DNA of 64,000 bases from Candidatus Kryptoniota bacterium (GTDB lineage Bacteria > Bacteroidota > Ignavibacteria > Kryptoniales > JAKASW01): positions 194,091-258,090 of the forward strand of contig JBJKPC010000076.1 of the NCBI GenBank assembly GCA_046706745.1, read 5' to 3'. Shown piece by piece: positions 56,520 to 64,000 of this stretch. The notes beneath the pieces were generated by a model, which saw only the letters and a program-made list of their open reading frames with translations, ran no database searches and was not told where the DNA came from. The position numbers and the translations under genes were made by a program. How positions within the stretch are numbered: position 1 is the stretch's first letter; the number at the start of each line of letters is the position of its first letter.

Positions 56520-57917
56520 CTAAAGTATATACTTGCTCAAGTCGCGATCTCTGACGATTCTGCTCAGCCTGTCGCGGACCATGCCGCTTGTAATCTCGAT
56601 CTTGTCCGATTCGATCTTGTCAGGGACATCGAACAGGATTTCTTCCAGCAGCGTAGTCATTATAGTGTGCAGCCGCCGTGCTCCGATATTCTCCACCTGT
56701 TCATTCACTTCGGCAGCCACTTTGGCGATCTCGCTGATGGCGTCGTCCGCAAACTTAATCTTGACGCCTTCTGTGGCAAGAAGCGCGGTGTATTGCTTGA
56801 TGAGAGCGTTCTCAGGCATCGTGAGTATCTTGTAAAAATCGTCCTCGTTGAGACTGTTGAGTTCAACTCTTATCGGAAATCTTCCCTGAAGCTCAGGTAT
56901 GAGGTCTGAAGGTTTAGCGGTATGAAATGCTCCGCTGGCAATGAAGAGAATGTGATCCGTCTTGATTGTCCCGTACTTGGTCATTACCGTCGAACCTTCG
57001 ACAATTGGGAGAAGATCTTTTTGCACTCCCTCCCGGGATACGTCGGGTCCTCTTCCATCTGAACCTGTGGTCGCGATCTTGTCTATTTCGTCTATGAAAA
57101 CGATCCCGTTGTTCTCGACTCTACTTACCGCTTCTTTGACGACGCTATCCATGTCGACAAGTTTCTGAGCTTCTTCCTGTTCGAATATCTTGAGTGCTTC
57201 CGGGATCGGGACGCGGCGGGATTTAGTCTTTTTGGGCATTATGTTGCTGAGCAGGTCCTGGAAATTGGCCCCGAGGTCTTCTCCGCCGAGAGGGCCGAAG
57301 ACCTGCATTATCGGCATCGCTTCGGCAGTAACCTGGACCTCGATCGTTCGCTTGTCCATATCTCCGTCGCGAAGCATCTTTCTGAGCTTCTCCCTGGTCT
57401 GCCGCCTTTCCTCCTCATCGTCCACTTCGTCGGTCCCCTGCGGATTAATTCGCCGGGTGGGTTTCATGGGGATAAGCTCATCGAGGACACGTTCCTCAGC
57501 GAGAGCCTTTGCCCGTTCCGCGACCTCCGCGGTCTTCTCCGATCTGACGCTGGCGACGGCAATCTCTGCAAGATCGCGGATCATCGACTCGACATCCCGG
57601 CCGACATAGCCGACCTCGGTGAACTTCGATGCTTCCACTTTCACAAAAGGGGCGTTAGAAAGTTTTGCGAGACGGCGCGCAATCTCCGTCTTTCCGACTC
57701 CGGTCGGCCCGATAAGTATTATGTTGTTCGGCATAATTTCTTCGCGAAGATCGGGAGGCACCTGCTGCCGCCTCCACCGGTTGCGAAGCGCAATGGACAC
57801 CGACTTCTTGGCAGCGTCCTGGCCGATTATGTATTTGTCGAGCTCGGAGACAATTGCCCGCGGAGTAAGCTCGCGTTTAGACGGATCACTCTTTATGATT
57901 TTGGATGACTTTGCCAT
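56520..57917 (-). CDS. hslU: ATP-dependent protease ATPase subunit HslU
   Basis: [34 protein letters not shown], Walker [29 protein letters not shown]. The start was set at MAKSSK (ATG 57917), 1 nt after the hslV stop. Confidence 0.95.
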   Translation of the reverse strand: MAKSSKIIKSDPSKRELTPRAIVSELDKYIIGQDAAKKSVSIALRNRWRRQQVPPDLREEIMPNNIILIGPTGVGKTEIARRLAKLSNAPFVKVEASKFTEVGYVGRDVESMIRDLAEIAVASVRSEKTAEVAERAKALAEERVLDELIPMKPTRRINPQGTDEVDDEEERRQTREKLRKMLRDGDMDKRTIEVQVTAEAMPIMQVFGPLGGEDLGANFQDLLSNIMPKKTKSRRVPIPEALKIFEQEEAQKLVDMDSVVKEAVSRVENNGIVFIDEIDKIATTGSDGRGPDVSREGVQKDLLPIVEGSTVMTKYGTIKTDHILFIASGAFHTAKPSDLIPELQGRFPIRVELNSLNEDDFYKILTMPENALIKQYTALLATEGVKIKFADDAISEIAKVAAEVNEQVENIGARRLHTIMTTLLEEILFDVPDKIESDKIEITSGMVRDRLSRIVRDRDLSKYIL

Positions 57918-57918
57918 A

Positions 57919-58449
57919 TCAAATTTCTTCGACTGAAAAATGCTTGTTGGTATATATACAGATATCCGAAGCCGCATCGAGCGACTCCAGCACTATATCT
58001 TTTGCGGTAAGGTCGGTGTGTTTGATGAGAACCCTGGCTGCAGCGAGGGCATAGTTTCCGCCCGAGCCGATTGCAACTATCTTATCGTCGGGTTCCACGA
58101 CATCCCCGTTACCGGAAATGAGTAGCGCAGTCTCCTTGTCCATGACGGCGAGCAGTGCCTCCAGACGGCGCAGGTACTTGTCAAGCCTCCAGTCTTTGGT
58201 GAGCTCCACGGCGGCTCTCGTCAGGTTGCCGTGGTATTGCTGCAGTTTGTCTTCAAAGCGCTCGAAGAGCGTGAACGCGTCTGCCGAAGCCCCCGCAAAG
58301 CCCGCCAGGACCGTATCGTTGTAAAGCTTCCGAACTTTCCTGGAGTTATTCTTCATCACCGACTGCCCTATAGTGACTTGCCCGTCGCTTCCTATAGCAC
58401 ACTTGCCGTCTTTGATGACGCCGATTACAGTTGTTCCGTGAATCTGCAT
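57919..58449 (-). CDS. hslV: ATP-dependent protease subunit HslV
   Basis: [16 protein letters not shown] (N-terminal Thr nucleophile), [31 protein letters not shown]. Confidence 0.95.
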   Translation of the reverse strand: MQIHGTTVIGVIKDGKCAIGSDGQVTIGQSVMKNNSRKVRKLYNDTVLAGFAGASADAFTLFERFEDKLQQYHGNLTRAAVELTKDWRLDKYLRRLEALLAVMDKETALLISGNGDVVEPDDKIVAIGSGGNYALAAARVLIKHTDLTAKDIVLESLDAASDICIYTNKHFSVEEI

Positions 58450-58521
58450 TCCAATCCTCTGAATAATGGATAACCCGATCGGGGCTGCGTTGCAAAAGCC
58501 TACCCCGCCCGGACTACGAAA

Positions 58522-58758
58522 TCAGCCGGGTCTGTCCATCTCGCCCAGCACCCGCTCATATACACTCAACATCAGAAGCGCCTCTTTCCAGTCCAGGAGA
58601 TCGTCCTCCATTTCAGGACTGACTTCCCTGACCGCAGCCGTCTTTTGCAGTTCCTCATACGAAACCGAGTATTTTTTTTCATATTGCTGCACGACACCGT
58701 GATAATGCCGGATTTTTCCCTCTACGATGTCCCGGTCGAGGGTACCTATTATTCCCAT
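58522..58758 (-). CDS. Small hypothetical protein (78 aa) between rpoN and hslV
   Basis: The ATG lies 1 nt after the rpoN stop codon (tight coupling). Helical, acidic C-terminal half (SPEMEDDLLDWKEALLML). No family recognised. Confidence 0.45.
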   Translation of the reverse strand: MGIIGTLDRDIVEGKIRHYHGVVQQYEKKYSVSYEELQKTAAVREVSPEMEDDLLDWKEALLMLSVYERVLGEMDRPG

Positions 58759-58761
58759 CGT

Positions 58762-60213
58762 CTAGGCCTCACGGCGCATTCGCGCCGGCGGGATGCGCAG
58801 CTGCTCACGATACTTCGTGACGGTCCTGCGTGCCACCCTGTAACCTTGTTGATTGAGCAGTTCGGTTATCTTCTCGTCATTGAGCGGAGATGTCTTCACT
58901 TCAACTTCTATCATGTTCTTGATTTTGTTCTTTATCTCCCTTGTGGCCACCTCTTCGCCGTCGGAGGTCTTCAGCCCTTCGCTGAACAGATCCCTCAGCC
59001 TGAAAACGCCGAAATCGGTTTGTACATACTTGGCGCTTACCACGCGGCTGATCGTCGAAATGTCGAACCCTGTTCGCTCGGCAATGTCGCGGTAAATGAG
59101 CGGACGAATATTGTCGGGACCCTCGGTGAAGAATTCGCGCTGGGTTTCCACAAGGGCCTGCATTACTCTGGTCATCGTCTGGCGGCGCTGGAGAAGGGCG
59201 TTTACGAACCATTTTGCGGATTCGAGCTTTCTCTTCAGAAAATCTTTCGTCTGAGCGTCAGTCTTTTTGCCGCGAGCCTGTTTCATCATGTCGAGATATT
59301 TCGGACTTATACGAACCTGCGGCATGTCGCGCTCGTTCAGCGTGATCACCAATTCACCGTTTTCATCCTCGAAAACCACGAAATCCGGCACTACTATCGA
59401 GGTCTCAAGCGGAAGAAGGAATCCTTCGCCCGGTTTGGGATTCAGTTTCTTTATCGTCGCATCCGCAATCTTCAACTCTTCAGGAGTGATGGCAAGCTTC
59501 TTCGCCAGCTGGTCGTACCGGTGATTCGAGTAGTCTTCGAAGTCCTCTTCGACCACGCGGAGGGCAATTGCCCTGTCGGCCTGGTCGATATCCGTCCGCG
59601 ACTTCAACTGCACCAACAAGCACTCTCGAAGGTTGCGTGCGCCGACGCCGAGCGGATCGAGAGTCTGAATCCCGGCCAGTACTCTCTCGGCATCTTCAAC
59701 TGTCATCTCGAGGTGGAATGAAAGGTTTGCGTCCTCGACTATCTTCGCCAGATCTTCCCGCAGGTACCCGTCGTCGTCTATGTTACCGATAATTTCTTCT
59801 CCGAGCTGTTTCTCCTTCTCGTTGAAATCGAGAAGCTGGAGCTGCTGCAAGAGGTGATCGTACATGTTCTCGACGGCAGGCGGGGCGAATTCAAATTCCT
59901 CATCGTCCGCCGACCGCTTCCTGAGTTTAATGTCGGCATCGTCGTTCCGAAACTCGTCCAGATCGACATCGCTGAACTCAGGCTCGTCTATCGGATCCTC
60001 ACCTTTTTCATCGGCTTCCTTGAGCTCCATCTCCGGCTCCTCGATGATTTCCTCCGCTTCCTCAAGCTCGAGCACGGGGTTCTCATCGAGTTCAGTACGC
60101 AGCCGCTGTTGAAGCGCAAAGATAGGCTGCTGCAACAGGTCGTAGTAGAGAATCTGCTGCGGTTGTAGTCTTAATTCCTGACTTAGTCTCTGCGTTTGTC
60201 CAAATTTCAGCAT
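58762..60213 (-). CDS. rpoN: RNA polymerase sigma-54 factor
   Basis: N-terminal Gln/Leu-rich region I (LRLQPQQILYYDLLQ), an acidic region II, and the RpoN box ARRTVTKYRE near the C-terminus. Confidence 0.95.
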   Translation of the reverse strand: MLKFGQTQRLSQELRLQPQQILYYDLLQQPIFALQQRLRTELDENPVLELEEAEEIIEEPEMELKEADEKGEDPIDEPEFSDVDLDEFRNDDADIKLRKRSADDEEFEFAPPAVENMYDHLLQQLQLLDFNEKEKQLGEEIIGNIDDDGYLREDLAKIVEDANLSFHLEMTVEDAERVLAGIQTLDPLGVGARNLRECLLVQLKSRTDIDQADRAIALRVVEEDFEDYSNHRYDQLAKKLAITPEELKIADATIKKLNPKPGEGFLLPLETSIVVPDFVVFEDENGELVITLNERDMPQVRISPKYLDMMKQARGKKTDAQTKDFLKRKLESAKWFVNALLQRRQTMTRVMQALVETQREFFTEGPDNIRPLIYRDIAERTGFDISTISRVVSAKYVQTDFGVFRLRDLFSEGLKTSDGEEVATREIKNKIKNMIEVEVKTSPLNDEKITELLNQQGYRVARRTVTKYREQLRIPPARMRREA

Positions 60214-60228
60214 ACAGCCACGGCTCCC

Positions 60229-60813
60229 CTAGCGATTTTTCACGACCGGCTTGAGGCCCGCGTAGACTTCTAATTTGTTGTACCACTCCTCACCATACAT
60301 CCGGGTGAGGGCTGTCTTCAAGAATTCAATAACGCTCACGTTCTCCGATTCACCTTTCTCTACGGCGGGATCGCATTCAGAAAGCTCGTGGTAGCGAAGA
60401 ATGTCTCCGCCGAATCTGCTGACCCGAATCGGGTACATGTGACACGAAATAGGTTTCCTGAATCCGATCTTGCCGTCATTGAAAGCACGTTCTATGGCAC
60501 ACTTAGCAATCCCGTTCTCCCGGTATACGAAAACGCAGTCCTCATCATCGACGCAAGTGGTCGCATAATCGCCTTCGGGTCCTTCATAGAAACCCGAATT
60601 CTCGATCATTTTGCGTTTTTCTTGGGATAGGATGGGAAGGACTTCGGGAAGTGCAGCCTCAATCTCCGGGACTTCCGAATCGAGGAGCGGCGCTCCCCTT
60701 CCCCCGGGGAGGCTGCAACAGGCACCCTTGCACTTGAAGAGGTCGCATGCAAATCGCCTCGTGGTAAGCGTGCTGTCGACGGCCACATCGTCTATAACAA
60801 ACAATTCCCTCAT
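60229..60813 (-). CDS. DUF3109 family Cys-rich protein
   Basis: FACDLFKCKGACCSLPGGRGAPL near the N-terminus is typical of DUF3109 as I recall it. Confidence 0.65.
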   Translation of the reverse strand: MRELFVIDDVAVDSTLTTRRFACDLFKCKGACCSLPGGRGAPLLDSEVPEIEAALPEVLPILSQEKRKMIENSGFYEGPEGDYATTCVDDEDCVFVYRENGIAKCAIERAFNDGKIGFRKPISCHMYPIRVSRFGGDILRYHELSECDPAVEKGESENVSVIEFLKTALTRMYGEEWYNKLEVYAGLKPVVKNR

Positions 60814-60907
60814 GTCGCATTAAGTTAACAACTCGACCACTAAGTTGAAACAAAGATGGAACAAAAGTTGCAGTCAGAAGTTTGAAAAACCGGAATATCG
60901 GGAGATT

Positions 60908-61294
60908 TCAGAGGGGTGGATCGAGAAACTCTGTGTTCCTAATCAACATCAGGATGGATGACTGTGCGACGATGTAGTACTTGTCGCCCTCATACTCTAT
61001 TTCTACCGCCTGATCTCGAAGAAAAAGCGCGAAGTCTCCTGTTTCGGCCTGTAAAGGTATATACTTGACAGGCTCCTTCGGGGATGTGGACCAGGGCTCC
61101 TGATCAATGAAGTTCGGGTTGGCAACCGCGTAACCGGGTCCCGCCTGCACAACAATTCCTCCCTGCACTCGTTCTTTGTCCTTGACACCCGGTGGAAGGT
61201 ACAGACCATGCTCGGTTCTTTCCTGGTTCTTGTCGGGAGCGATCAAAACCTTGTCTCCAACGAGAACGATCTTTCGTCGAGTCTTGATATCCAT
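60908..61294 (-). CDS. GroES/Cpn10-like family protein
   Basis: IVLVGDKVLIAPDKNQERTEHGLYLPPGVKDKERVQGGIVVQAGPG follows the Cpn10 pattern (mobile-loop-like segment, GxVVAVG-like strand), with an extended C-terminus. Confidence 0.55.
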   Translation of the reverse strand: MDIKTRRKIVLVGDKVLIAPDKNQERTEHGLYLPPGVKDKERVQGGIVVQAGPGYAVANPNFIDQEPWSTSPKEPVKYIPLQAETGDFALFLRDQAVEIEYEGDKYYIVAQSSILMLIRNTEFLDPPL

Positions 61295-61493
61295 TTGATT
61301 CCATAGAATATAAGAATTTCATCCCTAACAAAATCACTTCAATGGACCTCGGGGAGGCTATGAACCATTTTCAGCCTTAGCAGACGAGAGTCGATTTAAG
61401 TCTATGAAATTCGTTTGATAGTGTGGTGCGCTTTCCCTAGAATTAGATCGTGCTTTGCGATTAAATCAAAATAACTAAGAAAATGGAGGAAAA

Positions 61494-61922
61494 ATGGGAC
61501 GGAAGTTTTGGCTCGGGTTCCTGGTCGTCTTCGTGGTCCTCGAAATCCTCATGAATGTGGTGGACGGCTGGATACTCGCGGGGGCGTACTTGTCTGTAAA
61601 AGTCTGGCGGCCCGACATGATGTCGCTCATGTGGGTTTATCATGTCCTGACCGTTATCGAGGCATTCTTCTTCACGCTGGTGTTCTCAAAGGGGTACGAG
61701 AGCAAAGGATTGATGGAAGGTCTCCGGTATGGTTTCTACATCGGGGTTTGGCTGAGCTCGGGGATGGCATACGGCACATATGCGATGATACAGATCCCGT
61801 ATTCGCTTGCGCTGCAGTGGTTCATCTACGGAATCATCGAGTACATGATAGCCGGTCTGGTACTCGCGGCCGTATATAAGGGAGCGAAACCGAAGGAGGT
61901 TGCTGCTGCGGCCCAGGGATGA
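61494..61922 (+). CDS. Four-TM membrane protein, function unknown
   Basis: 142 aa, four hydrophobic segments, preceded by GGAGGAAAAATG. Its stop codon abuts the left repeat module. Confidence 0.55.
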   Translation: MGRKFWLGFLVVFVVLEILMNVVDGWILAGAYLSVKVWRPDMMSLMWVYHVLTVIEAFFFTLVFSKGYESKGLMEGLRYGFYIGVWLSSGMAYGTYAMIQIPYSLALQWFIYGIIEYMIAGLVLAAVYKGAKPKEVAAAAQG

Positions 61923-61923
61923 T

Positions 61924-62276
61924 CGGGCTGAAGCCCGGCTTGGGGTGGGAATTTGTTGCCCCGAACTGAAGTTCGGGGCAACAGCTGAAGTTCAGGACAA
62001 CAGCTGAAGTTCCGGGCAATAGCCAAAGTCCGAGGCAACAGCTGAAGTTCCGGGGCAACAGCTGAAGTTCGGGGCAACAGCTGAAGTTCAGGACAACAGC
62101 TGAAGTTCCGGGCAATAGCCAAAGTCCGAGGCAACAGCTGAAGTTCCGGGCAACAGCTGAAGTTCAGGACAACAGCTGAAGTTCCGGGGCAATAGCCGAA
62201 GTCCGAGGCAACAGCTGAGGTTCAGGACAACAGCTGAAATTCCGGGCAATAACCAAGGTCCGAGGCAACAACAGAC
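61924..62276 (+). repeat. Left repeat module: hairpin leader plus 16 head-to-tail units of a 19-20-nt repeat
   Basis: CGGGC-TGAA-GCCCG (61924-61938). Hairpin TTGCCCCGAAC-TGAA-GTTCGGGGCAA (61956-61981). Units GTTCnGGrCAACAGCTGAA counted by hand from 61971 to 62276, with higher-order pattern A B C D E A B C D E B C D B C D. Confidence 0.95.
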
Positions 62277-62320
62277 TCACAGAAAGAAGAATCTCTTTGT
62301 AAAACGGAAGGAGGGGCGGA

Positions 62321-62728
62321 ATGCCTTACGTCAAAATTTGGATACACCTGAACTGGACGACATACCGAAGAGAACGGTTAATAACTCCAGAGCTGAAAAA
62401 GCAGCTACTACCACACATCGTCGAAAATGCCAAGCTGAAGAGCATTTATATCGACACCTTGAACTGTATCGAGGACCATATACATTTGCTTATCTCTCTC
62501 AAAGCAAATCAGAGCGTCAGCGCGGTTATGCAGCTGATAAAGGGCGAATCGTCTCACTGGGTAAACCAGCTCGGCTTGCTGCACAGGAAGTTCGGATGGC
62601 AAGATGATTTCTATGGCGAGTCAGTAAGTGAATCCGCCCTGGGCAGTGTTAGGCGATATATAGAGGGACAAGAAGAGCATCACCGCAGGAAGAGCTACGA
62701 GGAAGAATGCTCGGAATCTCATTTCTAG
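62321..62728 (+). CDS. REP-associated tyrosine transposase (RAYT) / IS200-like Y1 HUH protein
   Basis: 135 aa: VKIWIHLNWTT, HUH motif EDHIHLLISL, KGESSHWVN, FGWQDDFYGESVS, and the catalytic Tyr context VRRYIEGQEEHH. RBS GGAAGGAGGGG lies upstream. Confidence 0.85.
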   Translation: MPYVKIWIHLNWTTYRRERLITPELKKQLLPHIVENAKLKSIYIDTLNCIEDHIHLLISLKANQSVSAVMQLIKGESSHWVNQLGLLHRKFGWQDDFYGESVSESALGSVRRYIEGQEEHHRRKSYEEECSESHF

Positions 62729-62746
62729 ATATCCATGGACTCTCGC

Positions 62747-63002
62747 CGGGCTAAAGTCCGGCTTGGGGTGGGAATTTGTTGCCCCGAACTGAAGTTCGGG
62801 GCAACAGCTAATGTTCGGGGCAACAACCGGAGTTCGGGGCAACAGCTAATGTTCGGGACAACAGCTAGAGTTCAGGACAACAGCTAGAGTTCAGGGCAAC
62901 AGCTAGAGTTCAGGACAACAGCTAGAGTTCAGGACAACAGCTAGAGTTCAGGACAACAGCTAGCCTCCGGGGCAACAGCCGGAGGTCAGGGCAACAATTG
63001 AC
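62747..63002 (+). repeat. Right repeat module: same leader plus 11 head-to-tail units of a strict 19-nt repeat
   Basis: Hairpin at 62779-62804 identical to the left one. Units GTTCrGGrCAACAGCTAnn run from 62794; four units are identical (GTTCAGGACAACAGCTAGA). A terminal inverted repeat CCTCCGG-N8-CCGGAGG (62964-62985) is present. The last unit touches the trxB stop. Confidence 0.95.
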
Positions 63003-63946
63003 TAGTCGCCTCCCTTGTGATACAGGGTCTCAAGATATTTCTCGGCATCTATCGCTGCCATGCAACCGGTACCGGCCGCCGTCACCGCCTGCCGGTATTT
63101 CTTGTCCGCGACATCTCCTGCGGCAAAGACCCCCGACACACTTGTCTCTGTAGATCCGGGCTTCGTAACTAGGTAGCCGACGCTGTCGGTCTCCAGCTGC
63201 CCCTTGAATATTGACGTGTTGGGCCGGTGCCCGATCGCAATGAACAGGCCCTGACAACTCATTTCTGATTTTTCGCCGGTCTTCACATTCTTCAATATGA
63301 CGCCGCGAACTCTCTTCTCCTGCACACCAAGCACCTCATCCACCACCGAGTCCCATACAAACTTAATCTTCGGATTGGCGAACGCGCGCTCCTGCATTAT
63401 CTTCGATGCGCGGAGCGAATCCCTCCGGTGAACAATCGTAACTTTGCTTGCGAACTTTGTCAGGAAAGTAGCTTCCTCCATCGCGGTGTCGCCGCCTCCG
63501 ACAACCAGGACTTCCTGATCCTTGAAGAAGAAGCCGTCGCAGGTGGCACACGCGGATACACCGTATCCCATCAGCGCTTTCTCCGATTCAATCCCGAGAA
63601 GCCTTGCGGAAGCGCCGGTGGATATAATAATCGAGTCGGCAGTATACGTTTCACCTCCGCTCCTGAGCGTGAAGGGCTTCTTAGACAAGTCGACTTCGGA
63701 GACATCCTTGAAAAGTGTCTTCGTGCCGAACTTCTCGGCCTGCTTCTTCATTATATCCATCAGTTCCGGCCCCATAATGCCGTCCGGGAATCCGGGATAG
63801 TTTTCAACTTCTGTAGTTATTGTCAGCTGCCCGCCCGGCTGGCTCCCCTCGAAGAGAAGAGGCTCCAGGTTTGCGCGCCCCGTGTAAATGGCAGCGGTCA
63901 ACCCGGCCGGACCCGATCCTACTATGATGACTTTCCTGTGATTCAT
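63002..63946 (-). CDS. trxB: Thioredoxin-disulfide reductase
   Basis: [16 protein letters not shown], redox-active [29 protein letters not shown]. Confidence 0.95.
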   Translation of the reverse strand: MNHRKVIIVGSGPAGLTAAIYTGRANLEPLLFEGSQPGGQLTITTEVENYPGFPDGIMGPELMDIMKKQAEKFGTKTLFKDVSEVDLSKKPFTLRSGGETYTADSIIISTGASARLLGIESEKALMGYGVSACATCDGFFFKDQEVLVVGGGDTAMEEATFLTKFASKVTIVHRRDSLRASKIMQERAFANPKIKFVWDSVVDEVLGVQEKRVRGVILKNVKTGEKSEMSCQGLFIAIGHRPNTSIFKGQLETDSVGYLVTKPGSTETSVSGVFAAGDVADKKYRQAVTAAGTGCMAAIDAEKYLETLYHKGGD

Positions 63947-64000
63947 ACTTTCTCCCTTACTTTCGGCCCGCGAAAGAGATCGGGCTCGATTATCTCTTTG

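Larger units (their letters stand above)
61924..63002 (+). mobile_element. RAYT gene bracketed by directly repeated hairpin/array modules (REP-like locus)
   Basis: 52-bp perfect direct repeat at 61935-61986 and 62758-62809. The whole 1.08-kb unit exactly fills the gap between two convergent housekeeping genes. Confidence 0.6.

Noticed and set aside
61826-62134. Two minus-strand ORFs (102 and 93 aa) encoding repetitive CCPELQLLPRTSAV-type peptides
   Set aside because: They lie entirely within the 19-nt tandem array. A 19-nt period is not a multiple of 3, so the repetitive peptide is just the three frames of one unit read in rotation (57-nt periodicity). There is no RBS, and they overlap the end of the membrane-protein gene.
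61971-63002. The tandem arrays as CRISPR arrays
   Set aside because: The units abut one another with no spacers, are only 19-20 nt long, and show higher-order repeat structure. No cas genes are in the window. They flank a HUH/Y1 transposase, which fits REP-like elements instead.

Overview
This is a gene-dense (about 90% coding) chromosomal window from a Gram-negative bacterium, roughly 52% GC by eye. Gene content weakly suggests the FCB group (Ignavibacteria, Chlorobi or Bacteroidota-like). All calls rest on motif recognition in the supplied ORF translations plus my own reading of the DNA. No database search was possible.

Contents in order:
- A 2-oxoacid:ferredoxin oxidoreductase operon. Its alpha subunit runs off the left edge and is missing from the ORF track. 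The operon contains a GltD-like flavoprotein fused to a PorD-type ferredoxin.
- A TatD-radical SAM fusion and menA.
- A 1085-aa hybrid sensor kinase, a TonB-dependent-receptor-like barrel, and namZ-nudix-ndk.
- sucD, gatA, and three tatA paralogs.
- purS-purQ, pssA-psd, and a divergent purC-like gene.
- A GH15 glucoamylase-gnd-zwf-pgl operon.
- A 1453-aa REC-REC-PAS/GAF-kinase-REC protein with a structured leader.
- A rhomboid protease with glcF and glcD.
- A light-response operon: B12-photoreceptor-type regulator, yfcH-like gene, crtYc, crtYd, crtI, crtB, crtZ and photolyase.
- Accessory enzymes: a methyltransferase, a DJ-1 protein, a Zn-ADH, a GATase1, a subclass B1 metallo-beta-lactamase and a GH29-PA14 fucosidase.
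- Two Cys-rich hypothetical proteins, tRNA(CAU), a BON protein and gpmA.
- An O-methyltransferase, a flippase and a FemAB-like gene.
- hslVU, rpoN, a DUF3109 gene, a GroES-like gene and trxB.

The most unusual locus is at 61.9-63.0 kb. A solitary REP-associated tyrosine transposase (RAYT-like HUH/Y1) gene sits between two same-orientation copies of a composite non-coding module. Each copy has a 52-bp perfect direct repeat that contains an 11-bp hairpin, followed by a head-to-tail array of a 19-nt unit (16 units on the left, 11 on the right). No CRISPR array, rRNA, prophage or recognisable defence island was seen.
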